Positions 29,293 through 43,909 of a stretch of DNA of 64,000 nt are shown here, piece by piece. Source of the stretch: Octopus vulgaris. Lineage: Eukaryota. The notes under the pieces are model-generated. The model saw only the letters and a list, made by a program, of their open reading frames with translations. It did no database searches and was not told the DNA's origin. The stretch spans positions 50,530,001-50,594,000 of the forward strand of contig OX597833.1 in assembly GCA_951406725.2 (NCBI GenBank), written 5' to 3'. The number at the start of each line of letters is the position of its first letter. Positions within the stretch are counted from its first letter, which is position 1. The translations under genes were made by a program, and so were the position numbers.

Positions 29293-29622
29293 GTCAATCT
29301 ATCCATCAATCTATCTATCTATCTCTCTGTATATCTATCTATCACTACACATACATATGTACATACATTCATATATATATATGAATGTATATACGCTCAC
29401 ACGCACAATGACGCACATACACACACACAGACACGCACACACAAGCTCACACACAATTACAAAAAGCTACTAAAAGGTTCATGCTTTAATTTACTTTAAA
29501 TTGTGAGATGTAAATAACATGCCATTTATCGCCAAGCAGTTTTTCAGGCTCAGTTCGTAACGTTAGATGTATTTAAAACACAGGACGATGGTCTTTGAGA
29601 AAACATTTAAAAAAAAAAGCAA

Positions 29623-29835
29623 GGCAGAAACGTTAGCACGCGAAATGCGTAGCCGTATTTCGTCTGCCGCTACGTTCTGAGTTCAAATTCCGCCGAGGTC
29701 GACTTTGCCTTTCATCCCTTTCGGGGTCGATAAATTAAGTACCAGTTGCGTACTGGGGTCGATCTAATCGACTTAATCCGTTTGTGTGTCCTTGTTTGTC
29801 CCTTCTGTGTGTAGCCCCCTGTGGATAGTAAAGAA
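29623..29835 (+). mobile_element. SINE family B (tail B1)
   Basis: Match to B consensus. Confidence 0.85.
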
Positions 29836-30118
29836 TTAAGAAAAAAAACAAGAAGAAGTTTGATGCAAAATAGAAACGAGGAAAAAAAAAGATAAAAAAA
29901 GAAAACCGGGAAAATGAAGATCTTCGTCCTCTTTGACTGTAGAAATGATAATTAATGAAGCTGGTACAGAATAGTCGGTATCAGACAGTGAACGAAACGA
30001 AGGAATAACAAGAATATACTAGACACACACTCACACTCTTAGACGGCCCCAACACACACATAATATCCTCAAACTGTGCGTGTGATTGTGTGTGTGTGTT
30101 TGTATATGTATTTATAAA

Positions 30119-30349
30119 GGGCGGCGAGCTGGCAGAAACGTTAGCACGCCGGGCGAAATGCGTAGCTGTATTTCGTCTGCCGCTACGTTCTGAGTTCAAA
30201 TTCCGCCGAGGTCGACTTTGCCTTTCATCCTTTCGGGGTCGATAAATTAAGTTCCAGTTGCGTACTGGGGTCGATCTCATCGACTTAATCCGTTTGTCTG
30301 TCCTTGTTCGTCCCCGCTGTGTTTAGCCCCTTGTGGGTAGTAAAGAAAT
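30119..30349 (+). mobile_element. SINE family B (tail B1), full length
   Basis: TSD-like tatatgtatttat on both flanks. Confidence 0.88.
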
Positions 30350-30555
30350 TTATATGTATTTATTGGTGTGTGCACGCAGGTTTCTTTGGCCTTGGTTACC
30401 ATCGTTAGATCATTGTCCAGATTCTTGCTTCAAGTGTCTCACTGCATCCTTGAGCAAGACACTTCTTTTCTGTTTCTTTCCGTCCCATCAGCTAAAAATA
30501 TGCACCAACGATAGCTGGGGTACAAGGCCCACCTTGCATCTGAGCTGTGTTGGTA

Positions 30556-30849
30556 CATGGCCTAGTGGTTAGAGAAGCGGGCTCGCGGTCGAGGGATCGT
30601 GGGTTCGAATCTCAGACCGGGCGATGTGTGTGTTTATGAGCGAAAACACCTAAGCTCCACGCGTCTCCGGCAGAAGGTAATGGCGAACTTCTGCTGACTC
30701 TTTCGCCACAACTTTCTCTCCCTCTTTCCTCCTGCATCTTGCAGCTCACCTGCGACGGACCGGCGTCCCGTCCAGGCGGGGAACCTATACGCCAAGAAAC
30801 CGGGAAACCGGCCCTATGAGCCAGGCATGGCTCGAAAGGAACAAACAAC
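30556..30849 (+). mobile_element. SINE family C variant head, tail type 4
   Basis: tggcctagtggttagag..ggttcgaatctc; tail ends ggaacaaacaac; flanking cttgca(t/c)ct(g/t)agctg. Confidence 0.85.
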
Positions 30850-31441
30850 TTGCACCTTAGCTGCTTCTGGTTAAACTTTACCCAGGTTTATTGAGAGATG
30901 GATTGTCATTTCTTTCAGAGGAATATTTTACTTTCACTCATTTGAAAAATTATGGAAACCGAGATCATCTTCTGCGTAACTGAGTTTGCAAGTTCGAATC
31001 AGACTTTAACTTTGGTGCAGTAACTGTCAATAACAATTACACGCGCTGATTACACTTCATTACTGTTTTATTTTTTTCTTGTTTTGTTAGCTACTCTATT
31101 AATTATTTATGAATTCGTGTGGATTGTCATCAATATGTTGGTCACACATAACTGTGAACCGCTCGAGTAGAAATCGCCAAAAATGAAATTAGCCAACATC
31201 ACCATAAACACACTCTCACGCCATACAATTAATAAATCATCACACACACATGTAAACACACACTCACAAAAGTACGTGCGCACACACACACATACAAACA
31301 CACACCATGCATGATTCCGTGATATAATCGATGTAAGCGTTTCATTGACAGTATAAACTCTTGAAAATACACCAGGATCTGTTTCAACCCACGTTTTCCC
31401 GTAAACAAAAATATCTTGCAAAACAAATATAAACAGGAAAC

Positions 31442-31499
<58 letters not shown>

Positions 31500-31648
31500 T
31501 TGTATGTGTGTGTATGTATCTATGTGGGATTTCGTCTGTGAGTTTGTGGGTGTAGATGTCTGTATGCATTTGTGTATATGTATACATATGTGGGTTATAG
31601 CATTTTAAATAATATATAATAAGGTGTGATGATTAAATAGACAGACTA

Positions 31649-31694
<46 letters not shown>

Positions 31695-32416
31695 CTTATA
31701 TGTGTGCGTGAGAGAGTACATGGATGGGTCTGTATGTACGTGCGTGTGCGTGTGTGTATGTGTGTGCCTGTGTGTGTGTGTGTGAGTGTGTGTCTGTCTC
31801 AATATCCATTCATTCAGACATCGTCTAGACAATAAATGTCAAGTCGATGTCGAAATGAGTTGATATTCTGTCAGTACACCGTTCTCAAGTTACAGACTGC
31901 AACAATGTGTTGACATATTTGTGGCACTAAAACTGAAGTGACAGTTGTGGGGGTGTTCTGATTTCGATCTATTTGCCTCTGCTCCTTCCATCCTCTTCTT
32001 TCTTCCCTTTCTTTCCTTTCATTCCACCAATCTACACCTTTCTGCAATAAGCTCTCTTCCCTTTAACTGTTATTATTTTTCTTGTTTTATTATTTACTTA
32101 ATGTTCTTGCGATGGTAGAGGATGAACGTGGTATATGTATAATTTATTGTGAAATCAGAAATGAAAGGGTTCGTAGCCTAAGAAATAATAAATAACAATC
32201 GATCTGTGTGTTAATTAATGGTATACAATGATTGCTGGATTTAAGTTTGTAGTAATACAGCTAATATATAATTAAGTTGGAGATAATTGTAATTGAAGAA
32301 TTCATTACATTTCATAACTAAATCATTTAATGTGATTTTGCTATAATTACGATAATTCGCTGAAGAAGACAATAATCATAAATACGCATTGAGTTTTCTC
32401 CCTTCTTTACCAATGT

Positions 32417-33077
32417 TTGGTTAAGAAGTTCGCTTTATGATCATGGAGTTCCGGATTCAGTACCACTGCGCGGCACTTTGGTTAAGCATGGCAGAATCGT
32501 TAGACGCCGGGCGAAATGCTTAGCGGTATTTTGTCTGCCGTTAGGTTTTGAGTTCAAATCCACCGAGGTCAACTTTGCCTTTCGTCCTTTCGGGGTCAAT
32601 TAAATAAGTACCAGTCACGCACTGGGATCGATGTAATCGGCTTAATCCGTTTGTCTGTCCTTTTGTGTCCTCTCTGTGTTTAGTTCCTTGTGGGTAGTAA
32701 AGAAATAGGTATTTCGTCTGCCGCTACGTTCTGAGTTCAAATTCCGCCGAGGTCGACTTTGCCTTTCATCATTTCGGGGTCGATAAATTAAGTACCAGTT
32801 TCGTACTGGGGTCGATGTAATCGGCTTAATCCGTTTGTCTGTCCTTGTTTGTCCTCTCTGTGTTTAGCCCCTTGTGGGTAGTAAAGAAATAGGTATTTCG
32901 TCTGCCGCTACGTTCTGAGTTCAAATTACGCCGAGGTCGACTTTGCCTTTCATCCTTTCAGGGTCGATTAAATAAGCACCTGTTACGCACTGGGGGTCAA
33001 TGTAATTGACTTAATCTCTTTGTCTCTCCTTGTTTATCCACTTTATGTTTAGTCCCCAGTGGGTTATAAAGAAATAA
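32417..33077 (+). mobile_element. SINE A head fragment followed by a SINE family B trimer
   Basis: Junction gaaataggtatttc at 32702 and 32886; 184-bp period. Confidence 0.85.
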
Positions 33078-33188
33078 ATATTTTCTACAACAGCTCCTCT
33101 GTTGACCAATGTGTTGTAGGTGAATTTATTACACGACAAATGTGTGGAATGGCTTCATGTAAGTACATGCATTCATACAAAGTTTCAT

Positions 33189-33222
<34 letters not shown>

Positions 33223-33359
33223 CCTACACACATACAAACACATATGCTTGTGTATTCATTTACTTTATATGTGTGTGTGTGCTTGTGTGCATGTGTGTGT
33301 TCTTGTTTGTGTGTTCGTATGTGTGAGTATGCATCTATATGTATGTGTGGTTGTTTTCT

Positions 33360-34060
33360 CTTCCATGCGCTTGATAACCAAGATCAGATGGTGAACACAC
33401 AGAACAACTGTTGGCTTGCCTTGTCCTCAAAATAAGGATTGAGAGTGATAAAAATCAAACATCCAGTCTACATCATGGTATTTGGAGTGATCACTAGTGA
33501 TGGCGAAGTTATGCCTCCATTCATCTTCTCACATGGCCTCAGACTTAACACAGAGGTCAACATCAAGTTCCTGGAGGAGGTAGTGCTGCCTGGGTCAAGA
33601 GGGTGGCTGCTGGAACCCTATGTCAAGCAACAAGACTCTGCACCATGCCACACAAATAACAGAACCCAGTCATGGTTGTCAGACAATGTCTGCGACCACA
33701 TCACCCCGAACATCTGGTCACCTAACACCCCACTCTGCAACCCCCTTTATTATTACGTGTGGTACGCAGTTGAGCGAGAGACCAGCAGCACTCCTTCTAA
33801 CAGCAAAGATGAACTGAAGGCAAGGATCATGGTAGCAGTCACCAATTTAAACAAGGAGACCGTCCAGAAGAGTTGCAGAAGATTCCGAAGTCGTCTGGAG
33901 GCCGTGGTTGAAGACAATGGATATTTTATCGAATAAATTTACTCTTTACTATTTCAAGTTATTTTTTTAATGTAATTTTGGTAAATATATCTGTTAAAAT
34001 GGGATATCAGTTTATTTTCATTTTAGCGTAATTTAGACAATTTATTCACCTAAACCCTGT
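33360..34060 (+). mobile_element. Tc1/mariner (maT/DD37D-like) transposase 3' remnant with right end
   Basis: ORF 33439-33936: MVFGVITSDG, QQDSAPCH, WSPNTPLCNPLYYYVW (cf. WPPxSPDLNPLDY), RLEAVVEDNGYFIE; ends ..accctgTA. Confidence 0.85.
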
Positions 34061-35213
34061 ATAGATACTCTAGATCACTTATTTTAACTTTTTACTTTTA
34101 CTACCATAGCTACCCAAGCGTCCAAAAGATGGAACAATGGTCTTCTTGGGTGCACAATAAGTTTTCGTGACTTATTTTAAGAAAAAAAAATGGCATTCTC
34201 TATGCTAAGACATACGACAGTCTTTACATAAACTTTTTCGAGAAAATTTGTGGATACTATGTTACTAAGTTGCAGACACTATATGTAGATCTACTGTCTA
34301 GAATACCTTATTTCCAAATCATGACAGGGTTTCACTCAAATTACAATATATTGTGCTACGATTAACCTCCAAATTGCTCATGGAATCATGACCTAGGTAG
34401 ATCCATCCATTTTCAGGCTGACAAATATTTTCTGAAAAATCAATAAACTTAGCGTATCACAGGGAATTACTACTATAAACACACACCAATACTCGACAAC
34501 GATAAATTGTTTGTTTTTTTCTGTAATATCAAAACTGATGGAAATGATAATTTACTTGAAACATTATCGAATGATCATACTGACACCGAGGACATCATTT
34601 TCTTATTCAATAAATATGATTTCTGTTTTTGTTTTGTATCCAGTTCATAATCTGCTTCAATGATGTATTATGTAATTCCCAATTGTACTGGATTCTCCCT
34701 GTAAATATTCTGCACTTTCACTATTATGTATATTTTATTTCAAACCATTAACAAATGCAGTTGCATCAGGTTTGTATTCTCAATCACCATCGTAGCAGCT
34801 AATTGATTATGTGACTGCCAGATATAATGAAGAGAGAGAGAGGTCTTATATTTCCTTAAAAAACATTATATATATATAGTTTTTATTGATATTTACGAAA
34901 ATGATAACCATTATTTCGAATGAATAATGCTAATTTTCTATAGATCATATATAATTAATGGTTATCGCTCTTGTGATACAATGGTTATCAATCAAACGAG
35001 ACATGAAAATTAGAAGGGATGGGATATTTAAGGTCACCTAAAGTTATTCTGAATCATGTCCGCTAATTTAGAAAATGTTATGCTTGTTCTACTATATCAA
35101 TTAAACTCTGAATAATAAGCATAATAATACTAAGCAGTTTGTTGTTTGTGATGTTTCCATTTACTTGTTGTCTACAGTATCATATTTACAATTAATGAAC
35201 TTTATTATTACAT

Positions 35214-35580
35214 CAGTGGTTAGGGCAGCGGACTCGCAGTCGTAGGATCGCGGTTTCGATTCCAAGACCGGGCGTTGTGAGTGTTTATTGAGCGAAAACA
35301 CCTAAAAGCTCCACGAGGCTCCGGCAGGGGATGGTCGTGATCCCTGCTGTACTCTTTCACCACAACTTTCTCTCACTCTTACTTCCTGTTTCTGTTGTAC
35401 CTGTATTTCAAAGGGCCGGCCTTGTCACTCTCTGTGTCACGCTGAATATCTCTGAGATCTACGTTAAGGGTACACGTGTCTGTGGAGTGCTCAGCCACTT
35501 ACACGTTAATTTCACGAGCAGGCTGTTCCTTTGATCGGATCAACCGGGACCCTCGTCGTCGTAACCGACGGAGTGCTTCC
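35214..35580 (+). mobile_element. SINE family C, tail type 1
   Basis: Match to 22395-22775; tattaca near both flanks. Confidence 0.88.
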
Positions 35581-35789
35581 CCCTATTACACCAGGAAAGC
35601 AAACAGTTATTCCCTTGTAGAAGCGCAGTGTATTGGCTGAAACAGCAGAGCGCCAAAAACATGAGTTATATATTCATGCCACTTCAGGTTCCGTGCTCAC
35701 ATCCAGCCGATCCCGGTCGATTTTTACTTATGGGAATTTTTAAAATAATGCGCTAGTTACATTCTGGAGTTGATTTAATCGATTAAACA

Positions 35790-36026
35790 TACTCTTTTAC
35801 TCTTTTACTCTTTCACATGCTTCAGTCATTTGACTGTGGCCTTGCTGGAGCACTGCCTTTAGTCGAGCAAATCGACCCCAGGACTTATTCTTTGTAAGCG
35901 TAGTTCTTATTCTAACGGTCTCCTTTGCCGAACCACTAAGTTACGGGGACGTAAACACACCACCATCGGTTGTCAAACGATGTTGGGGGACAAACAGAGA
36001 CACACAAACACATAAACACACGTACA

Positions 36027-36085
<59 letters not shown>

Positions 36086-36244
36086 ATATATATATATACT
36101 TATACACGACGGGATTATTTCAGTTTCCGTCTACTAAATCCACTCACAAGGCTTTGGTCGGCCCGAGGCTACAGTCGAGGAAACTTGCCTAGTGGGACTG
36201 AACCCGGAACCATGTGGTTGGTAAGCAAGCTACTTACCACACAA
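35790..36244 (-). mobile_element. SINE family A with internal (TCTA)n
   Basis: Reverse match to 7250-7660. Confidence 0.85.
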
Positions 36245-36359
36245 GAAAATTTGAAGTGTTCTGACAATTTTGTAAATCAATGATTGCTAAATAGACAGTT
36301 AAATTTCACCCAACAATAAAGACATTTTGATACGTATTAATACTGTTAATATAATATTT

Positions 36360-36492
36360 TCTGCTGTAGGCACAGGGCCTGAAATTTTGCAGGGAGGGGC
36401 CTAGTCGATAACATAGACCCCAGTTCTCAACTGTTACTTAATTTATCGACTCCGAAGCAATGAAAGGTAAAGTCGACCTCAGCGGAATTTGA
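36360..36492 (-). mobile_element. SINE family B (tail B2) fragment
   Basis: Reverse match to B2. Confidence 0.7.
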
Positions 36493-36523
36493 ATATACAA
36501 TTAATATAAAAATAGCCGATATA

Positions 36524-36930
36524 AGGCGGCAAGCTGGCAAGATCAACAGCAAAATGCTTGTCGGTATTTCGTCTGCCGCTACGTTCTAAGTTCAAATTCA
36601 GCCGAGGTCGACTTTGCCTTTCATCCTTTCGGGGTCGATTAAATAAGTACCAGTTACGCACTTGGGTCGATATAATCGACTTAATCCGTTTGTCTGTCCT
36701 TGTTTGTCCTCTCTATGTTTAGCCCCTTGTGGGTAGTAAAGAAATAGGTATTTCGTCTGCCGCTATGTTCTGAGTTCAAATTCTGCCGAGGTCGAGTTTG
36801 CCTTTCATCCTTTCGGGGTCGATTAAATAAGTACCAGTTACGCACTGGGGTCGATATAATCGACTTAATCCGTTTGTCTGTCCTTGTTTGTCCTCTCTGT
36901 GTTTAACCCCTTGTAAGGTAGTAAAGAAAT
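36524..36930 (+). mobile_element. SINE family B dimer
   Basis: Junction gaaataggtatttc at 36741-36754. Confidence 0.85.
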
Positions 36931-37332
36931 CGAAAATATCGAGCGAATATTAAAAAGAAAAGAAAGAAAAATAGCGAACGGACAAAGAAACAAAGACTAG
37001 GAGTTGAAAGCTTATGCTTCAATGGTGGCAGCAGCAAAATAGCCAAAAGCACACAATTCTATAATAAATAATAGAAATTTAAAAGGTCACATACTTTATT
37101 ATCTTGTTTTTTGTTAAGTCCTCTTGTTGAACTGTGGACATGCTGGTACACTGTCTTCAAGGATTTTCTTATAAACAATTCAACTCTTTATTTAGTGTGC
37201 TTTTTATTTTATCGACACTATCTACTGATCCGCTAAGTTACGAGACGTAAACAACAAAATCGATTTTGTTTTGACCAAATGCAGCAAGTACACACACACA
37301 CACACATACACTCTCTCTCTTTCACACACATG

Positions 37333-37366
<34 letters not shown>

Positions 37367-37514
37367 CACACACACACTCTGTCTGTCTGTCTCTCTCTCA
37401 CACACACGCACATACGATGAGCTTCCATAAAATTTCTGAGTACAAAATTCAATCTACCTATAGCTGAAGATGCCTGCATAATGTGACAGACTTTGGGCTT
37501 GAACCAACAACCAC

Positions 37515-37590
<76 letters not shown>

Positions 37591-37714
37591 TATATATATC
37601 CATGTATATATAGATACGCATACATGAACAAACAGTCGCACACACACACACACACACACATAACTTACAAAAATAGGAAGCAGAGGAAATTAGTGTTGCT
37701 ACTCAGTTCAGGTA

Positions 37715-38090
37715 AGGTGGCAGACACGTTAGCACGCCGGGTGAAATGCTTAGCGTTATTCCGTCTTCCGTTACGTTCTGAGTTCAAATTCCGCCGAGGT
37801 CAACTTTGCCTCTTGTCCTTTTGGGGCTCGATAAATTAAGTACCAGTTACGCACTGGGGTCGATCTAATCGACTGGACCCCTCCTCCAAAATTTCGGGCC
37901 TTGTGCTTATTGTAGAAAAGAATCCTTACCGCACCGGTAAAAAGGTTAGTGGCATTCCTTCCGCCTTTCCGTTCTGAGTTCAAATGCCGCCGGGATCGAT
38001 TTTGTTTTTCATCCTTTCGGGATCAATATAATAGTTGATGTAATCGACTAGCCCTACCTCGAAATTGCTGGCCTTGTACCAAAATTTGAA
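37715..38090 (+). mobile_element. Two adjacent SINE family B (tail B2) copies
   Basis: Match to B core and B2 tail. Confidence 0.75.
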
Positions 38091-38708
38091 CCCGTTATTT
38101 AATTTAGGTCTACGTTTTGGACCTTAGTTTCTCCAAGGCTGCCAATAACAATCTAAGTCGACGTTCTTGCCAATCCATAACTTAATTTAACTAGTCTTGC
38201 ACATATAAAATATCTGAGTATTGATTAAAAACTCTCATCACAATTATTAAAATTTGCGTTTGCGTTGTAGGAAGTTTATTTTCAAACACGAAAGCATACA
38301 CATACGCTATTTTCTTTCATACTGAAGTGAAATCTATAAAAAGAAAATTATAAAGGATAACAACGTTTGAACATCATTCAAAACATCTCTACTTATTCAT
38401 CAGTAAACACAAAACTTCAATATATATTTGTTTTAAATCTTTCGAGTATGTCGGAAATGTTATACAGAACATTCGGTCTCATATTTCGCTGATGTAATTT
38501 GACATAATTGCAAGGTTTTCAAAGTTTTGTTTTTTAAAACATTCCATACCTTTTATATGACCAAAATATTTGTAAAAAAATGGTTCCGGGTTCATTCCCA
38601 CTGCGTAGCAACTTGGGCAACTTGGAGCATGTGGTTGGGAAGCAGACTTCTTATCACAGCCACTCTTGAGTTATGTTTATGAATTCTATAGGTGTAGAGC
38701 TAAAGCTC

Positions 38709-38740
<32 letters not shown>

Positions 38741-38952
38741 TTTTTAGTATAGTACATATTTATTAACTTTATATGTATGTGTGTATATATATATATATAC
38801 AAACACACACACATATAGACACATATACATGCACACATATATACATACTCACATATATACACACACATATATACACACATATATAAAGTTAATCCAAACA
38901 AGAAAACACAACGCGAGGACGTGGAACAAATAAAGTATTATTGAACACTAGG

Positions 38953-38987
38953 GTTTGACGTTGCGAGCGGAGCTCTTCGTCGGAAAC
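38953..38987 (-). ncRNA. Minimal hammerhead-like motif, CCGACGA core, probably mutated (GCA for GAA)
   Basis: gttt|CCGACGA|a-gagc-tcc-gctc|GcA|acgt|C|aaac. Confidence 0.4.
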
Positions 38988-38990
38988 ATA

Positions 38991-39114
38991 GTGAGAGAAA
39001 GTTGTGGTGAAAGAGTTACAGCAGGATCACCACCATCCCTGCCGGAGCCTCGTGGAGTTTAGGTTCTTCGCTCATCTAGAATGAAACGCGATAGTCGCGC
39101 CCTAACCACTGCCA
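38991..39114 (-). mobile_element. SINE family C fragment
   Basis: gtgagagaaagttgtggtgaaagag..gccggagcctcgtggag. Confidence 0.7.
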
Positions 39115-39124
39115 TATATATATA

Positions 39125-39616
<492 letters not shown>

Positions 39617-40111
39617 ATATATATATACAAATTTTCATGAATTGGCAAAAACAGATCATGATATAGAGCTGCCGTTCCTTTAAGATGTCTATCACATGAA
39701 AGATGTTCAACGAAATAAATGAATAAACAAATAAATAAATAACTAAATAAATAAATAAATTAAGCTTACTAAATAAGTAAGTGAAAACCTGTTAGCATTA
39801 GTTTATGTGAAGGAAACATTTCCGAGGAAGCATAAAATCAAAACGATCTCTAGAGGTTTCTTTAATGATATATTATACAAATATTATTTTCTCACAGCTA
39901 AATATCTGACTAAATTTCTAGTTAGCAGTCTCAGGGTAATAATCTTCCTGTTGAAATCTCCGGGGATAAAACCCGAAAATGAAATTTATTCTTTCAGCCT
40001 TCACCCTCTCTATATATAGCCCCAGCCCTTTTAACAACATATTGCAGATCGTCAAGTAGTTGGGGCTGTATATAGTTCCGCTGATTCCCCGTTTGAATAT
40101 ATATATATATT

Positions 40112-40313
40112 ACTCTTTTACTTGTTTCAGTCATTTGACTGCGGCCATGCTGGAGCACCGCCTTTAGTCGAGCAAATCGACCGCAGGACTTATTCTTTGT
40201 AAGCCTATTACCTATTCTATCGGTCTCTTTTGCCGAACCGCTAATTGACGGGGACATAAACACACCAGCATCGGTTGTCAAGCAATGCTAGGGGGACAAA
40301 CACACACACACAA

Positions 40314-40348
<35 letters not shown>

Positions 40349-40503
40349 CATATATACGACAGGCTTCTTTCAGTTTCCGTCTACCAAATTCACAAGGCAT
40401 TGGTCGGCCCGGGGCTATAGCAGAAGACACTTCCCCAAGATGCCATGCAGTGGGACTGAACCCGGAACCATGTGGTTGGTTAGCAAGCTACTTACCACAC
40501 AGG
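40112..40503 (-). mobile_element. SINE family A
   Basis: Reverse match to 7250-7660. Confidence 0.85.
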
Positions 40504-40550
<47 letters not shown>

Positions 40551-40651
40551 TAAAATTAATTTAAAATCACAATGAGGATGAGAAACTGGATATTAATTTG
40601 ATAACATCAATTTTAACCATGTGGTTGGTTAGCAAGCTACTTACCACACAG

Positions 40652-40707
<56 letters not shown>

Positions 40708-40779
40708 GAAATTAAAATTTATTTAAAATCACAATGAGGATGAGAAACTGGATATTAATTTGATAACATCAATTTTAAC
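40466..40779. repeat. Tandem duplication of about 150-165 bp (SINE A head, (TA)n and unique flank)
   Basis: aaccatgtggttggttagc..gataacatcaattttaac occurs twice. Confidence 0.85.
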
Positions 40780-40942
40780 ACCATTGGTCTAGCATATAAA
40801 AAAACTGAGATTCAGTAAATAGTATTGCATACATAAATATAAGAAGGAAGCTAAATTTTTTAGAGAACAACTCTTAGTGGTTAAGACCATAGCGGATCTT
40901 CTTCTAGCATAAGGGTTTCCACATAATGGTAAAATTCCCTCT

Positions 40943-40993
<51 letters not shown>

Positions 40994-41149
40994 GAGCAAA
41001 ATGCCCCCCGTCCAATGGACGGTGATGAGTTGTTAAACATTTAAACCAAACTTTCTCAAAACAACTTGTCCGACCGTTCCATAGGCCTCCCCTTTGAGAA
41101 ACACTGATTTAACCTAAATTTGAGACACCAGCAAAAGAAGAAATATATA

Positions 41150-41370
41150 CCTTTTTTGTTATTCCAAGAAAAACGATTTTACAAATGCACGTTCCCACGG
41201 CTTTATCAATCGCATTCTCACCTGGAATCCATTTTTGTAATTTTTTCATGACGTTCTACACGCCCTGATACCGTCGGTACATAGATATTAAATTTGAGCG
41301 CAATCGAATGGAGGATGCCCGAGATCCTAGAAGACACACAGATACACAGAATGGATTTTATATAATAGAT
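41150..41370 (-). mobile_element. Possible Helitron-like non-autonomous element, 5' portion
   Basis: Reverse reads atctattatataaaa..tgtgtatctgtgtgtc..cgattgcgctcaaattt, similar in layout to the 5' end of 11970-12361. Confidence 0.4.
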
Positions 41371-41378
41371 ATCCAGAA

Positions 41379-41695
41379 AACTTGTTTTAAATTTAACTTA
41401 AAAACCTGTCAACTATGAGAGTTATTTTTTAAACGAAAGTTTATTTATTAAATGGCAAGCAAACCTATTGTGAAACAGATAGCTCGTTCTAACAACGTAT
41501 AGTTTTTTTTTAATACTCTAAATTGTCGTAAGCAGTTAACTAGTTAAGGCTGTATATAATTCTGCTTTTTCACAATTTGTTTAAAAAAACATACACAGGC
41601 AACTTGCTTGAAATTTACCTTAAAATCCTGTCAACTTTGTGAGTTGATTCAAACGAAAATTTAATTATTAGATGGCAAGCAAGCCTATTGTGAAC
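41379..41695. repeat. About 95-bp diverged direct repeat (41379-41475 and 41601-41695)
   Basis: cctgtcaact..aaacgaaa..atggcaagcaa.cctattgtgaa occurs twice. Confidence 0.75.
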
Positions 41696-42329
41696 TAGTT
41701 GCTTTGATTCGTATCTCTATTGTTCAGTATTTGTTATTCTGCATAACTCATTCTCTTTCATCGTTAATAAATAGAATTGTAGAATGAGATGTGTAACTCT
41801 AACATCAATCAAATATATTTCAAAGAAAAAAAAATTCTTAAAATCAGTCGAAGAAATATTCAGCTACAAAGGTTATTTTCGTTTACTTTCCTCTTTAAAA
41901 TTTATACGATGTATAATCTGTTTTCTCCTCAAAATTTTAACAAATAAATAAATCTCTTTTAATCTTGAGGTTTTACTGATAAAGTATTCAACTGTCCGAT
42001 AAGTTTGAAGTATATATTTTTGGTATAACCTCCAGTCTTAAATGTCTGTAATTATTTAAGTACCCTAGAAAAAATGTATCACGTGTTTTTTTATATATAC
42101 TCTCTGAAGGAGCATAATTTATTAAATTTGCCAGTTATATCCCTACCCCTCTAGTGCATGCAAACATATAAAAGGGAGACATACAATCGCCAAAGAGACA
42201 AACCTCTTGTACATGAAGTCACCCACTGATGTTAGTGTGTCGTTCATGCATTGCCCAAGCTATCTTTTATTGAAGCAAAATGTTTGGTGCTGCACCAAAT
42301 GCTAGATTTTCACTGAAACGAACTTTGCT

Positions 42330-42696
42330 GGTTACGGGTCTCCCAGAACGTTCGACAATATTGCCAATTTTTGGTCACCTTGAAAACGTCTGAGCCACTC
42401 GTATACTTGTGTGCGGCTCATACATTCTTTTCCATACACTTTCTACAACTCTGCGCAGGACTCTGGTCAGGTATCGCCATGACAACTTTCTCTGTCATGG
42501 TCAATGCGATGATCACACGCTACAAACCTTCCTCCCAAGCACTGCTGTGAACAGCGGAAGTGAGCTAGAAGGTTTCAACTTATTGCACATGCACAGCAGA
42601 CTTCCAGGTCGGTCTGTGCCACGGGGCTTCACTCTACGAGCTTTAGCTTCGTTACTATGGCAACATTCCGAATACTTATTGATTAGGCCTCGTGTA
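42330..42696 (-). mobile_element. Mariner 5' remnant (TIR and transposase N-terminus)
   Basis: TA-cacgaggcctaatcaataagtattc TIR-like start; reverse frame KVYGKECMSRTQVYEWLRRFQ matches the mariner HTH region. Confidence 0.75.
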
Positions 42697-42839
42697 TATA
42701 CCACGTACACGATAATTCAGTGAGTCGCTTATTGCAGTTGATCAAACAACTGATCTTCAACGTGGAGCGACGGAAACCCAACCGAATCTAGGAATCCATA
42801 ATTCTATTATATTGCACCCCCCTCCACACACACACAACG

Positions 42840-43040
42840 AGGTGGCAGAATTGTTAGCACACCAGACAAAATGCTTAGCGACATTTCGTCAGTCTTTACG
42901 TTCTGAGTTCAAATCCTGCTGGTGTCGAATCTGATTTATTCCATTTCGGGGTCCTTAAAAATAACTACCGCACAGGCGTTGATCTAATTCTCCATCATCG
43001 TCCTTCTTGCCTTCCATAAAAATTTTAGTCGTAGAAAAGA
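42840..43040 (+). mobile_element. SINE family B, diverged
   Basis: ggcagaattgttagcac..gttctgagttcaaatcc. Confidence 0.65.
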
Positions 43041-43378
43041 TTATTATTATGGAATACCATAACGATTTATTCATCCTTTCCTGGTCGATAAAGTTGAGCC
43101 TTGGCATCTCTGTAATCGACTTCATCCCCAACCAATTAGTCTCCAAAATCAGAATGAATTATTTCCACATATTATTTTGTATATGTTTCTTTTAAACACA
43201 ATACTGTTTTCTAAATTGGTTGTTATTTCCAGCAGGCTGAACAAACCACATGTTGAGTCCCTTCTTGGTTAGCTGCTGCCGTCTTGTTATGTGTCAGAAA
43301 AATAAAATAAGGAAATTACTATATTGATCGGAGAATCTTCAGGAGATGTTTGTTTTCTAGGTTTATTATAATGCGTTT

Positions 43379-43381
43379 ACA

Positions 43382-43425
<44 letters not shown>

Positions 43426-43620
43426 CATACACATATATATATATATACATATAAATATAAATATATATGTATATATATGTATATATATATACATATATAT
43501 ATACATATATATACATATATATATATATACATATATATACATATATATATGCATATATATATACATATATATATATACATATATATATATACATATATAT
43601 ATACATATATATATACACAC

Positions 43621-43654
<34 letters not shown>

Positions 43655-43750
43655 ATACACATATATATACATATATATATATACATATATATATGTATAT
43701 ATACACATATATATATACATATATATATACATATATATATGTATATATAC

Positions 43751-43807
<57 letters not shown>

Positions 43808-43816
43808 CACATATAT

Positions 43817-43906
<90 letters not shown>
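43379..43906. repeat. Long (CA)/(TA) compound microsatellite
   Basis: Direct reading. Confidence 0.95.

Positions 43907-43909
<3 letters not shown>

Noticed and set aside
32490-33077. Regularly spaced repeats as a possible CRISPR array
   Set aside because: Whole 184-bp units repeat with no unique spacers; eukaryotic context and no cas genes.
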